Assembly: GCA_965222155.1 (NCBI GenBank) | Contig: CBDCTH010000012.1 | Coordinates: 512,001 to 576,000, forward strand | Source: Gammaproteobacteria bacterium | GTDB lineage: Bacteria > Pseudomonadota > Gammaproteobacteria > Eutrophobiales > Eutrophobiaceae | Reading direction: 5' to 3' | DNA: 64,000 nucleotides | Part shown: one piece after another, positions 31,811 through 42,128 of the stretch | Position numbering within the stretch: position 1 is the first letter of the stretch | How the letters are laid out: each line of letters begins with the position of its first letter | The notes under the pieces: model-generated | What the model was told of the DNA's origin: nothing | The model's input: the letters and a program-made list of their open reading frames with translations, nothing else | The model's database searches: none | Program-made: the position numbers and the translations under genes

Positions 31811-34298
31811 ACGGACGGAATATCAGAATCAGCTTGGGCAGCAGGGTGAGTGCTGCCAGCAGGGCGATGAACATGGCCAGGGCGGTGAGCACGCCGAAGT
31901 AAATGGTCGGAATGAAATTGGACATCACCAGGATTGAAAAACCGGTGATGATCGTGACCGCCGTGTAGAAAACGGCTCGGCCTATGTTGGCATGACAATA
32001 ATGGAGCGTCGATACGTAGTCGGCTTTGCCTGGGTATTCCTCGCGAAAGCGGTAGATATAATGGATGCTGTTGTCCACCGCGATGCCGATAGTGATGGCG
32101 GCAATGGTTATCGTCATCAAATCCAGGGGGATATCCAGGATACCCATCAGGCCCAGGATGATACCGGCGGCCAGGATGTTCGGCAGGATGCCGATGAGGG
32201 CAAGGGAGAAGGAACGGAACAGGACCAGCAGCATCAGGGCAATACCCAGCATCACGACCCCCAGAGTTTCGATCTGGGAAGTGAACAGGCTTTGCAGCAT
32301 GTTATTGTATAACACCATCATGCCGCTGACCTGGAACTCATCCTCGGTCAGACCCAGTTCCGTGCGCAGGTCTGCGTTGATTTTTTCCAGGAACTGCTTG
32401 CGGCGCAATTCGGGAAGGGAATCCAGGATGCGTATATTGATGCGGGCTTCGTTGTCCGCAATGGAGATATACGGATCAATCAGTTGTTCCTTGATTTCCT
32501 GGGGCATTTTTTTGTTGATGACCGCGAGTTCGAAGGCGTCGAACTCCTCACCCTCATTCAGGTCTTCAGCCAGGCGCAGGACCGAAGCCAGTGACAGTAC
32601 CTTGCCTACTTCCGGCAGGCTGTCCAGGTAGTCGTGAACCGCCTTGATGCGGTCGATCTTGTACGCGGTAAACCACGTATCCGCCGGGTGCGCGGGTTCT
32701 TCCTCGAAGCCGCCGAACAAATCATCCGGATCGGCAAATTCATCATCCCCTTCCAGCGGCTCTTCTTCCTCCCCGAACTCCTTGACGGGATCGAATTTGA
32801 GGACGACGTCCATGGGCGCAGTGCCGCCCAGTTCGTTATCGATCAGTGTCAGACCCTGGTGTATTTCCGTAGTGTCGCTGAAGTAATTGACAAAGCTGTT
32901 CTCGACCTTCAGCCGGGATACGCCGTAAAGGCTGAGTGCAGCCAGCAGCAGGGCGACCAGCACCACACTGTTGCCGAATTTTTCGGTAATTTTCGCCAGG
33001 GTCGCGGTAAACGGCACTTCCTGCTTACCGGGGGCGGTGATCTTTTTATCAAGGGATATCAGTATCACCGGGAACAGCAGGAAGGATGTCATGAAAGTAA
33101 CGCTGAGACCCAGGGTCATCATCCAGCCGAAATCGATCACAGGCTTAATATCGCTGACGACCAGTGAGCCGAATCCGATCATGGTGGTCAGCGCGGTATA
33201 CAGGCAGGGCCAGACCATGTGCCGGACGGTATTGGAAACCAGCTCGGTCTGGTTCAGCCCGGCAAAGTCACGGCTGAGTTGCCGGTAACGCACGATCAGG
33301 TGTACGTTCATCGACATGGTGAGAATGAGCATCAGGGAAATGAAATTGGACGATATAACCGTGACCCGCCAGCCGATCAGTCCCAGCAGACCCATCATGA
33401 TGACTACAGCAAATATGCAACTGCACAGAGGTAGCAGGACAAAACGGGGTTGCCTGAAAATGATCGAGAGCATGATCACCAGGAAAGCAAACACGCCGGC
33501 GCCGAACACCAGCAGGTCGTTCTTGATGAACGTGATCATGTCATCTGCGATCATGGGAATGCCGCCCAGGTAGAGAGTCCCCCGGTCCCGGTACCGATCC
33601 ATCACCTCTCGGGTTGCTGCTACGGTTTCGTGATTGAGGCGGATGACCTCCTCCTTGATTTCTTCATACTGTTCCAGGGTATCTGCCAGCTCCATTTGTT
33701 CCGCTTCAGTCAGGCCCTCGTGCTCCTGCTTGAACAGCAGTTCATTTCTCCTCTTCTGCGCATCGGTAAAGATTTCCTTGTTTTTCAGATTGACCTGCAA
33801 CGCCGTTGTCCGGGCATCCTGGCTGATGAGCAGGTCCAGAAATATCGGGCTGGCCAACAGTTCTTCCCGCGCCCGGTCCCGGTCTATGGTCGGGTCCTCC
33901 AGGGTGCGATATTTCCTGGCTACCTCAATCAGTTTCCCGCCGATGATCTTTACCAGCGGGGCATCGACCAACGAGAACACCGATGCAACACCCGGTATCT
34001 GTTTCAAATCCTCACGCAGTTGATGAATCGTTTCCAGCGACGAGACTGAAAACAGGTCCGCGGCGGGAGTGAACGTCACGACCAGAAACTCTTGCGTTTC
34101 GTATCGTTTGTTCACCTGGCGTAGTATGCGCAGGTCCTTGTCGCTTTCCAGGATAAGGGTATCGGTGGAGGCATCCAGTTTGAAATCCCTGGAATGCCAG
34201 GCAAAGAAAGCAAATACGGCCAGGAGCGCCAGCAGCACCAGCCCGGGCCGCCCGAGAATATACCGGTCGTAAATGGCAGTTATTTGATTTACCAACAT
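31806..34298 (-). CDS. MMPL/RND family transporter
   Basis: Two TM bundles with large periplasmic loops; GIAVDNSIH motif. Confidence 0.9.
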   Translation of the reverse strand: MLVNQITAIYDRYILGRPGLVLLALLAVFAFFAWHSRDFKLDASTDTLILESDKDLRILRQVNKRYETQEFLVVTFTPAADLFSVSSLETIHQLREDLKQIPGVASVFSLVDAPLVKIIGGKLIEVARKYRTLEDPTIDRDRAREELLASPIFLDLLISQDARTTALQVNLKNKEIFTDAQKRRNELLFKQEHEGLTEAEQMELADTLEQYEEIKEEVIRLNHETVAATREVMDRYRDRGTLYLGGIPMIADDMITFIKNDLLVFGAGVFAFLVIMLSIIFRQPRFVLLPLCSCIFAVVIMMGLLGLIGWRVTVISSNFISLMLILTMSMNVHLIVRYRQLSRDFAGLNQTELVSNTVRHMVWPCLYTALTTMIGFGSLVVSDIKPVIDFGWMMTLGLSVTFMTSFLLFPVILISLDKKITAPGKQEVPFTATLAKITEKFGNSVVLVALLLAALSLYGVSRLKVENSFVNYFSDTTEIHQGLTLIDNELGGTAPMDVVLKFDPVKEFGEEEEPLEGDDEFADPDDLFGGFEEEPAHPADTWFTAYKIDRIKAVHDYLDSLPEVGKVLSLASVLRLAEDLNEGEEFDAFELAVINKKMPQEIKEQLIDPYISIADNEARINIRILDSLPELRRKQFLEKINADLRTELGLTEDEFQVSGMMVLYNNMLQSLFTSQIETLGVVMLGIALMLLVLFRSFSLALIGILPNILAAGIILGLMGILDIPLDLMTITIAAITIGIAVDNSIHYIYRFREEYPGKADYVSTLHYCHANIGRAVFYTAVTIITGFSILVMSNFIPTIYFGVLTALAMFIALLAALTLLPKLILIFRPF

Positions 34299-34413
34299 AA
34301 TAATAATGTCTGGACAACAGCAGAGTATGCTAATAAATTAATCCGGATATGGCAAAATATATCGTCGCCTTGTGATAAACTTGCCGGAAATTCAGAGCAG
34401 GAGAGGTTAGTAA

Positions 34414-34827
34414 ATGTATAAACTGATATTTCTCATCCTGGCATTCAGCGCGTTTTGCAGTCATGCTCAGGAGAGAACCCCGGCGCCTGACAATGCCGAG
34501 CTGTATTTCATTTCGCCCGCTGACGGCGCGACGTTGTCAAACCCGATTAACGTTCGCTTCGGCCTGAGGAACATGGGAGTCGCGCCGGCCGGTATTCAGT
34601 ACGAGGATTCAGGTCACCACCATCTGCTGGTGGATACGCCCGTGCCGGCCCTTAACCTGCCGATCATCAATGATGAAAACCACCGCCACTTCGGCAAGGG
34701 CCAGACGGAAGTCACCCTGGACCTGTCGCCCGGTGTTCATACCCTGCAGCTCCTGCTGGGTGATTTCGTCCATATCCCCCATGAACCCGCCGTGATCTCG
34801 GGCCGGATAACCATAACCGTCGAGTAG
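34414..34827 (+). CDS. DUF4399 family exported protein
   Basis: Signal peptide, GHHHLLVD, HFGKGQTE and HTLQLLLGD. Confidence 0.85.
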   Translation: MYKLIFLILAFSAFCSHAQERTPAPDNAELYFISPADGATLSNPINVRFGLRNMGVAPAGIQYEDSGHHHLLVDTPVPALNLPIINDENHRHFGKGQTEVTLDLSPGVHTLQLLLGDFVHIPHEPAVISGRITITVE

Positions 34828-34847
34828 CTTATCCGCAGTCGGAGGTG

Positions 34848-36140
34848 TCAGGAAATTCGTTTTATGCACCTTCTCATGCCGGCAAAAATCGGTTCGGCAA
34901 TATCACCCGGAAAATTCGTGGGGATATTTGCTGCTGCTGCATCGATCACCGAATCCAGCCTGTCCGTGACATCCTCTATGATTTGTTGCATTTGTACCTT
35001 GGGAAAATCGACTTTTGCCGAATGACTGAACCAATGTCGCGGCATGATTTCATGCCACGCATAATGTACATTTTTGCCGCGCAGTGCCATCGCCATTTTC
35101 AAGTCCCTGTATTCAATCTGGCGCCTCTCAGCGAGGGGATATGCCGAGATGACGTCGTAAACAGGGGTCAGTTCAAACCGTCCGCCCTGGCGCAGGAAAA
35201 TACTGAAATTTTTTGCATGGCCGTCAATAGCGCCTAGAAGCCAGAAGATGAAGACAGTTCGCATAAACCGGAACCGGTCGTCTTCCGCTCGAAGTGAAGA
35301 CCTGAGTCGTTCCATAATTTTTGTGATGCCCGGACCGCCTTCATTTTCATATTTCAAGGCAGGCGCAATCCCATTTACCTGACACATGTCTTCTACAGGA
35401 TGGCGGATGATCCAGGATTTGTCTTTGGCGAATTTTCGGTCAAAACGCTCGACCACAAGCGCTTTGATATTTTCAAACTTCACAACACTGGCCGCAGCAA
35501 CAGGCAAGCCAAAGCCTCTTAATATCTCGAGGCATAACCACTCATTTTCAGTGCTGTCCGACAGATCAATACCTGCATGGTCAATTCTCCCAATCGGTAA
35601 TTTCAGTATGTGTGTGGTAGGTGTTGCGCCTACAGGACGTTGCCATTGCCCTTGGTGCATAAGCAACGCCGTTTTTTCCTGGACACCGGCAATGGAGATC
35701 CTGAATTCCCTGTCTTTAAACATGCCTAACGGCAGCGCTTTGTAGTTTCTGAGTTCTTCTGCGATATCTTTTTCATTCAAAGGCACACCTTCAATTTTCT
35801 TCACCTCGGTCTGCGTTGGTCCGCTTGTGAGCTGGATGGCGCCGACGCAGTCCTTACCGATGCATGAGAGCAAATCAAAAGGCTGGTTGGTTTTGGTGCC
35901 GAACCTGGCCTGGATTCGATTTCGGAGGTCCATGCTGTCGGGCAACAAGTTATCGAAGTAGTTGTATACCACGTCGCCCTTATGTCGCTTATCCGTAAGC
36001 GGCAAGGAAAGGGAGAGGGGAAGCGCCCCCCTGAGTTCGAGCCATGAATCGTTGTAAACAAGCTCATGAACACCACCGCGCCGCCAGATATATTCTCCGA
36101 CTTCATGGCCGTTCATGTAAATAAACAGGGACGACGCCAT
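34848..36140 (-). CDS. hipA: HipA serine/threonine kinase toxin
   Basis: LSLSLP, ISIAGVQEK, DGHAKNFS and PVYDV. Confidence 0.95.
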   Translation of the reverse strand: MASSLFIYMNGHEVGEYIWRRGGVHELVYNDSWLELRGALPLSLSLPLTDKRHKGDVVYNYFDNLLPDSMDLRNRIQARFGTKTNQPFDLLSCIGKDCVGAIQLTSGPTQTEVKKIEGVPLNEKDIAEELRNYKALPLGMFKDREFRISIAGVQEKTALLMHQGQWQRPVGATPTTHILKLPIGRIDHAGIDLSDSTENEWLCLEILRGFGLPVAAASVVKFENIKALVVERFDRKFAKDKSWIIRHPVEDMCQVNGIAPALKYENEGGPGITKIMERLRSSLRAEDDRFRFMRTVFIFWLLGAIDGHAKNFSIFLRQGGRFELTPVYDVISAYPLAERRQIEYRDLKMAMALRGKNVHYAWHEIMPRHWFSHSAKVDFPKVQMQQIIEDVTDRLDSVIDAAAANIPTNFPGDIAEPIFAGMRRCIKRIS

Positions 36141-36382
36141 TACCAGAGCGCCTCATCATCGAACAGCTTATTCCTGGGTTCCAGATGCATTTCCAGGCCA
36201 AGAGCCGACATGTATTTGAATACCGTGTCCAATCGTACGGCTGTAGCTCCTGCCTCTATCCTGGAAACGGTTTTCTGTGGCAGGTTGAATTTGTTGCCTG
36301 CTTCAACTTGCGTCAATCCCTGGTTTTTCCTGTAATGTCGAAGGACTTTTCCCAGAGTCTCAGGTGAGGTAACAGGTATCAT
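36140..36382 (-). CDS. hipB: HipB antitoxin
   Basis: Xre-type HTH, terminal Trp; stop codon overlaps the hipA start. Confidence 0.9.
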   Translation of the reverse strand: MIPVTSPETLGKVLRHYRKNQGLTQVEAGNKFNLPQKTVSRIEAGATAVRLDTVFKYMSALGLEMHLEPRNKLFDDEALW

Positions 36383-36419
36383 AATGGTCTCGTTCTTGTG
36401 GATTGATTAATATTCAGAA

Positions 36420-36491
36420 TATAACCGAACTGTCATATTTTATAATTATAACAGTTTAGTTATTAATGTCAAATATAACTGTTCTGTTATA
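36420..36491. promoter_or_regulatory. Three putative HipB operators TATAAC-N6-GTTATA
   Basis: 18-bp inverted repeats at 36420, 36447 and 36474 (27-bp period). Confidence 0.8.
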
Positions 36492-36522
36492 GTAAAAAGC
36501 AGGAGATTTATTTTTATTAACA

Positions 36523-36547
36523 GGGAACAGGTTTCAAATCTGTCCCC
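36523..36547. repeat. Palindromic repeat family A (degenerate)
   Basis: GGGAACAGGTTTCAAATCTGTCCCC. Confidence 0.7.
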
Positions 36548-36557
36548 ATTAGTCGAG

Positions 36558-37154
36558 TCATACCGGCAGTTTAAGCTCGCCGCGGATAATCCGGTCGATT
36601 GTATCCACGTAGAGCTCGTGCTCGACTGCCAGGATTCGTCCGGCCAGGCTGTCTGCGCTATCTCCCGGTTTTACGGGTATCTTTTTTTGTGCCAGGATCG
36701 GACCGTTATCGTATACCCGGTCTACGACGTGGACGGTCACGCCGGTCTCCCGGGCGCCGGCCGCAAGCACGGCTTCATGCACGCGCCGGCCATACATGCC
36801 CTGACCGCCATACTCCGGCAACAGGCCGGGATGGATATTAATGATGCGCCCGGGAAACGTAGCCAGTGTCACCGCACCGATCTTTTTCATATATCCCGCC
36901 AGGATCACCAGGTTGACGTCATGATCGAGCAGTACGTCCACGATTTCCCGATCCAGGTCATCCGGGTCCGGGTGAGTGCGGCTGCTCAGGCAAAACCAGG
37001 GAATGTTTTCATTGCGGGCTCGTTCCAGGGCACCGGAATCCCTGTTATTGCTGATAACCACCACGGGCCTCGACGCCAACCTGCCGGAACGGCAGGCATC
37101 GATCACCGCCTGCATATTGCTGCCATTATGAGATGCAAAAAATCCGAGGTTCAT
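36558..37154 (-). CDS. purN: Phosphoribosylglycinamide formyltransferase
   Basis: GSNMQA, LAGYM, NIHP, GVTVH and YDNGPI. Confidence 0.95.
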   Translation of the reverse strand: MNLGFFASHNGSNMQAVIDACRSGRLASRPVVVISNNRDSGALERARNENIPWFCLSSRTHPDPDDLDREIVDVLLDHDVNLVILAGYMKKIGAVTLATFPGRIINIHPGLLPEYGGQGMYGRRVHEAVLAAGARETGVTVHVVDRVYDNGPILAQKKIPVKPGDSADSLAGRILAVEHELYVDTIDRIIRGELKLPV

Positions 37155-37184
37155 GTCGTGTTACCGGCTATCTGCACGCATGGT

Positions 37185-38327
37185 TCAGCCCGCCGTGGCA
37201 AACCCCAGGCGGGCGAATTTCTCATGTAACCGGCTTTCCTGACCGGGCAGGACCACCCGCAAATCCGCAAATTCCCGCCTGAATAGATAATCCTCCCTTA
37301 ATGACGTGAAAAAATCGCCCCATTTATCCGGCTCGACTTCTTCAATCTCCCTGAAGGCAGCACAGTCCGTGCGGACGTCATAGCTGGCAAGCACTGCCGC
37401 TTTCACGGACTCGATAGCGCTGCCGAAACCGGACAGGTTAAGCTCCAGGTTTCCGTCGGACAGGGTTACCCCGTCGGCTGCCGTTGTAGGAATGCCGGCC
37501 CATGCGCAGACCTGCTCGTAAACCATGCGCGCCGCGTTCAGTTTCGCCCGGGCGCTGTAGCCGGCGATATGGGGGGTCGCCAGCGCCGCTAGGCTGAGCA
37601 GTCCGGTGTTGAGATGAGGTTCATTATCCCAAACGTCCAGCGCCAGGCGGCTTGCCGGGTTGCGCCTGGCGAAATCGATCAAATCCTGTTCGTTCACGAC
37701 GCCGCCCCTGGCCGTATTGACCAGTATGACATCCGTGCTGAGCCTGGCCAGGAAATCCCGATCGACCATACGCGATGTGGGATAGTCGCCTGCCGTTGTC
37801 AGCGGGACATGCAGGGTAATCACGTCCGACCTCAATACTTCATCCTGTTCCCGGTAAATGAAGCGGTTGTCGTCATCCCGGATAAACGGGTCATAAACCC
37901 GTGTCTCAAGTCCGACGATATTCAGCAGGAATCGAAGCCGCGCTCCCACGTGACCACAACCGATAATGCCCACCGTCTTACCTTCCAGCTCTATGCCGTA
38001 TTGTTCCGACAATACGAACAGGCAGCTCAATACGTATTCGGCAACTGCGTTCGCGTTACAGCCTTTTGCATCAAACAAGGGGAGCGCATGGGCGTGCAGG
38101 TAATCGAGGTCCGCGTGGTCGGTCCCACTCGTTGCGCTGGCAACACATTTTATCCGTGAACCGGCCAGCAACCTCCGGTCAACCTGGGTCACGGACCTGA
38201 CAACCAGGCAGTCTGCGTCCCTGATTGATGCAGGCGTGATATCCCTGTCGTCAAGCAGCGCAACTTCACCCAAAGTTGAAAAAAACCGCTCAACAAAAGG
38301 AATAGCCTTGTCAGCGACGATTTTCAT
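37185..38327 (-). CDS. pdxB: Erythronate-4-phosphate dehydrogenase
   Basis: VRSVT, GCNANAVAEY, GCGHVG and TPHIAGYS. Confidence 0.95.
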   Translation of the reverse strand: MKIVADKAIPFVERFFSTLGEVALLDDRDITPASIRDADCLVVRSVTQVDRRLLAGSRIKCVASATSGTDHADLDYLHAHALPLFDAKGCNANAVAEYVLSCLFVLSEQYGIELEGKTVGIIGCGHVGARLRFLLNIVGLETRVYDPFIRDDDNRFIYREQDEVLRSDVITLHVPLTTAGDYPTSRMVDRDFLARLSTDVILVNTARGGVVNEQDLIDFARRNPASRLALDVWDNEPHLNTGLLSLAALATPHIAGYSARAKLNAARMVYEQVCAWAGIPTTAADGVTLSDGNLELNLSGFGSAIESVKAAVLASYDVRTDCAAFREIEEVEPDKWGDFFTSLREDYLFRREFADLRVVLPGQESRLHEKFARLGFATAG

Positions 38328-38341
38328 ATCAAAGTGCAACA

Positions 38342-38462
38342 GGGGACAGATTTATTTTCTTTGTGATCTGCGTATGGGATTGGGTCCCTCAGGGAGAAAA
38401 AATCAGTCCCCTTTTTTATCCCGTTCATCCTGTGCATCCATGTGAAAAATAAATCAGTCCCC
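38342..38462. repeat. Cluster of family A half-sites with a nested family C half
   Basis: GGGGACAGATTTATTTT ... AAAAATCAGTCCCC ... AAAATAAATCAGTCCCC. Confidence 0.75.
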
Positions 38463-38464
38463 TT

Positions 38465-39379
38465 TTATTGCTCTTTCTCAACCGGCATCAAATCCTGTTT
38501 GCTGATGCCCAGCGCCAGGGTGACCGGGCTGGCAACGTAGATGGAAGAATAAGTCCCTATGATGACACCGACAATCAGCGCTGCGGAGAAGGGCCGGATA
38601 ATCTCGCCCCCCATGAAGAACAAGGCAGCCAGTACCAGCAAGGTCGTCAGGGACGTCATCAGGGTGCGGTTCAGGGTCTGGTTCAATGACGCATTGATTA
38701 CCTCCACCGGCGTACCCTTACGCATACGGCGGAAATTTTCCCGAATACGGTCAAAAACAACAATGGTGTCGTTGAGTGAATAGCCGATGACCGCCAGCAG
38801 CGCAGCCAGGACGGTCAAATCAAAATCCAGTTGCAAAACAGAAAAGAAACCGATGGTGATTGTGACGTCATGCACCAGTGCGACGATGGCGCCGACGGAG
38901 AACCGGCGCTGGAAACGAAACGCGATATATATAAAAATCATGATCAGCGCATAGATCATCGCCAGCCCGCCGTCTTCCTGGAGATCTTCACCCACCCGGG
39001 GCCCGACAAACTCCACACGCCGGATCTCGACTGAATGGCCGGATTGTTTCAGGACTTCTATGATATCGTTGCTGATATCAGCGCTGTTCTTGCCCTGGAC
39101 CTCGGCGACCCGGATCAGTATATCCCTGGCGGAGCCGAAATACTGTACGACCGCATCGCTGAACTCAGTGGCGGACAGCACGTTCCTTACCTGATCAAGT
39201 TCAACAGTCTCCTGGTAACTGACTTCCACCAGGGTGCCACCGGTAAAATCGATGCCGAAATTGAGTTTCTGCGTGATAAGGGAGACCAGGGAAACACTGA
39301 TCAGCAGGGTTGAGAATATAACCGCTAATTTGCGTTTACCCATAAAGTCGAAATTGAATCTTTGTATCGGGTTTTCCAT
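38465..39379 (-). CDS. secF: Protein translocase subunit SecF
   Basis: GIDFTGG and GYSLNDTIVVFDRIREN. Confidence 0.98.
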   Translation of the reverse strand: MENPIQRFNFDFMGKRKLAVIFSTLLISVSLVSLITQKLNFGIDFTGGTLVEVSYQETVELDQVRNVLSATEFSDAVVQYFGSARDILIRVAEVQGKNSADISNDIIEVLKQSGHSVEIRRVEFVGPRVGEDLQEDGGLAMIYALIMIFIYIAFRFQRRFSVGAIVALVHDVTITIGFFSVLQLDFDLTVLAALLAVIGYSLNDTIVVFDRIRENFRRMRKGTPVEVINASLNQTLNRTLMTSLTTLLVLAALFFMGGEIIRPFSAALIVGVIIGTYSSIYVASPVTLALGISKQDLMPVEKEQ

Positions 39380-39401
39380 GGCGCAGTTCAGGAGCGGTTG
39401 A

Positions 39402-41261
39402 TCAGATAACCAGTCGTCGCAGCTTTTTGCCGCCGTATATCAGGTTCACGACGGCGCGGGTTACCATGATGGCTGTAAACATGGAGCAGACTATTCCCAG
39501 GGACAGGGTCACGGCAAACCCCTTGATTGGCCCGGTGCCGAAACTGAACAGGACGATAGCGGCAAATAAGGTCGTAATATTGGCGTCAGCGATGGTCGTA
39601 AATGCTTTTTCATAACCGGCGTGGATACTGGCCTGGGGTGAATTACCGTTCCTGATTTCCTCCCGGATGCGCTGGAAGATAAGCACGTTGGCGTCCACCG
39701 CCATACCCACGGTAAGTACGATCCCGGCGATACCCGGCAGGGTAAGGGTAGCCTGCAACATTGACAGCAAGGCAACGATCAATATCAGGTTCAATGCCAG
39801 GGCCACATCCGCAGCCAGGCCGAAACCCTTGTACCAGACGGCCATGAAAATCAGCACCAGGATAAAACCGACCTGTACCGACATGAAACCTTTCTCGATA
39901 TTATCCTGGCCGAGACTGGGGCCTACGGTGCGCTCTTCAATGATTTCAATGGGCGCCGCCAGGGCGCCGGCCCGAAGCAGCAGGGCCAGGTTGCGGGATT
40001 CCTCGGTGGAATCCAGACCGGTGATTTGAAAGCGTTTTCCCAACTGCTCGCGGATAGTGGCAACATTGATCACTTCTTCGATGGTTTCCTTACGTTTAAC
40101 CATTTCACCGTCTTTTTCGACGGTTTCCGTTTTGTTCTCGATAAACACTACAGCCATGGTCCTGCCCACTTCTTCGGCGGTGGCATCGCTGAAGCGCTTT
40201 GCGCCCTTGCCGTCCAGGGTGATGGAGACGTTGGGACTGCCGGAGGCGGAATCAAACCCGGCCGCGGCATCGATGATATAGTCACCGGTCAGCATGATCT
40301 GTTTCTGCAACAGAACCGGGTTGCCGGTTCGATCGTAATACAGTCGGGAACCTGCCGGCACCCGGCCGTCCAGGGCATCCTGCACGGCATGATCCTCATC
40401 GGTCATGCGGAACTCCAGGGTCGCGGTAGCGCCCAGGATGTCTTTTGCCCTGGCGGGATCCTGTACTCCCGGGAGTTGCACGACCACCCGCTCCAGGCCC
40501 TGCTGCTGGATGACAGGTTCGGCCACACCCAATTCGTTGACCCGTTTACGCAGGGTGGTGATGTTCTGTTGCAGGGCCAGCCGTCGGGTTTCTTTTACGG
40601 CATTCTCGCTTAACCTGACCACCAGGGGAAATTCGCCGCTCTCCGCCTCGGGTTGGTCAAGCTCCAGGTCGGGAAAATTATCCTCTATCTCAGTGATGCC
40701 CTGCCGGCGCTGGTCGGCGCCACGGAATCGGATCAATAAACCACCTTCCCTGAGCCGGGTGATGGTCTTATAGCGAATCCGGTTATCCCGCAGTTGTGTC
40801 CTGATGTCCGAGATGTAACGTTCCTCTGCCTTGGCAACAGCCGCTTCCATGTCCACCTGCATCAGGAAATGCACGCCACCGCGCAGGTCCAGACCCAGGA
40901 ACATGGGCTCGGCGTTGAACGCCCGTAACCAGTCCGGTGTTGCCGGCGCCAGGTTGAGGGCGACGGTATGGGAACGGCCCAACGCTTGCTTCACTATATC
41001 CTGGGCTTTGAGCTGGGTTGCCTCATCCTGAAACCTGACTACAAGGTTATTTTCTGCCAGGCTTATCTCGCCGTATTTTATGCCTGCCTCGTCCAGTGCA
41101 TCTTCCACGGAATACCGGGTCAACTCGCTGATCTCGGCTCCCCGCGCTGCAGAGACTTGCAGGGCCGGGTCCTTGCCGTACAGATTGGGCAAAGCATAGA
41201 GGCAACCGACCGTAATGACGACGATGATTAACAGGTATTTCCAGAGAGGGTAACGGTTCAT
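39402..41261 (-). CDS. secD: Protein translocase subunit SecD
   Basis: LGLDLRGG, VGPSLG and GMAVDANVL. Confidence 0.98.
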   Translation of the reverse strand: MNRYPLWKYLLIIVVITVGCLYALPNLYGKDPALQVSAARGAEISELTRYSVEDALDEAGIKYGEISLAENNLVVRFQDEATQLKAQDIVKQALGRSHTVALNLAPATPDWLRAFNAEPMFLGLDLRGGVHFLMQVDMEAAVAKAEERYISDIRTQLRDNRIRYKTITRLREGGLLIRFRGADQRRQGITEIEDNFPDLELDQPEAESGEFPLVVRLSENAVKETRRLALQQNITTLRKRVNELGVAEPVIQQQGLERVVVQLPGVQDPARAKDILGATATLEFRMTDEDHAVQDALDGRVPAGSRLYYDRTGNPVLLQKQIMLTGDYIIDAAAGFDSASGSPNVSITLDGKGAKRFSDATAEEVGRTMAVVFIENKTETVEKDGEMVKRKETIEEVINVATIREQLGKRFQITGLDSTEESRNLALLLRAGALAAPIEIIEERTVGPSLGQDNIEKGFMSVQVGFILVLIFMAVWYKGFGLAADVALALNLILIVALLSMLQATLTLPGIAGIVLTVGMAVDANVLIFQRIREEIRNGNSPQASIHAGYEKAFTTIADANITTLFAAIVLFSFGTGPIKGFAVTLSLGIVCSMFTAIMVTRAVVNLIYGGKKLRRLVI

Positions 41262-41308
41262 AGACAGCTAAAAACTTTCTTTTGATAATGAGTGCGGCAA
41301 GATCCAGG

Positions 41309-41634
41309 TCAGAGTGTTTTCAGCGTTCCCTTGGGCAATAGCGCGGATACGGCCTGTTTCTGTACCTTTACCTCCGTCTCCTTCGCAATTTCCAGCACGA
41401 TGAAATTATCCCCCACCTGGTTGATCTTTCCCAACACGCCGCCGTTGGTCACGACTTCATCCCCTTTCGTCAGACCGCCGACCAGTTGCTTGTGCTCCTT
41501 GGCCTGCTTCATCTGCGGCCGGATTAAAAAGAAATAAAAAATGACAAAGAACAATACCATCATGAACAGGAAGGAGCCGCCCCCCCCTGCCCAGCCCCCT
41601 GAGCCCACGCGTTGTTTATGAAGAAATCAATCAT
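41309..41634 (-). CDS. yajC: YajC, frameshifted at a G8 tract as sequenced
   Basis: ATG 41634 gives MIDFFINNAWAQ; the body (FYFFLIRPQ..GDEVVTNGG) is in another frame; the 326-nt span is not a multiple of 3. Confidence 0.9.
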
Positions 41635-42032
41635 CGATACGGTGCTTATGAAAATGAATTAGGTATTATGCCATAATTGTTACTTTGATGAAGTCCCAGT
41701 ATTTTCCAACATGAAATGAGCCTGAAGGAGGGGGGTGAACCATTTCATTACCAGGTGATGCAATGACAAATCGTCAGGACAGACGATTTACAAAGTACGT
41801 CCTGTACTTTGCCCCGTTGGGGCCAGTCTCGCGCGGCTCGACTGTTCAACAGCTCCAGGCAAATTTGTGCACGGCACAGGTCGTCCGAAGGGTTGCGCCC
41901 AGAGCCTGCCCCCCTGCTTACAACCGCAGGGGCAGGCTCTGTATGGAGTTGAGCAGGGGGATGGGCGCAATGAGTGCGCAGGATTTTTGATGTGCGCCCG
42001 CCATGGCGCACACCCCCTACGCGTGACTCTCC

Positions 42033-42057
42033 GGGGACGGATTTCAAATCCGTCCCC
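42033..42057. repeat. Palindromic repeat family A with compensatory change
   Basis: GGGGACGGATTTCAAATCCGTCCCC. Confidence 0.8.
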
Positions 42058-42128
42058 TTATGGTAGCTTTCTCTTTTGGATTGATGTAGGCTTTACGATG
42101 TGTTACGACAACTGAATAAGGAGAAGTC

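Noticed and set aside
41992-42020. Group IIC intron 5' end (GTGCGCCCG..ATGG)
   Set aside because: No domain V/VI or reverse transcriptase ORF nearby; the match is too short
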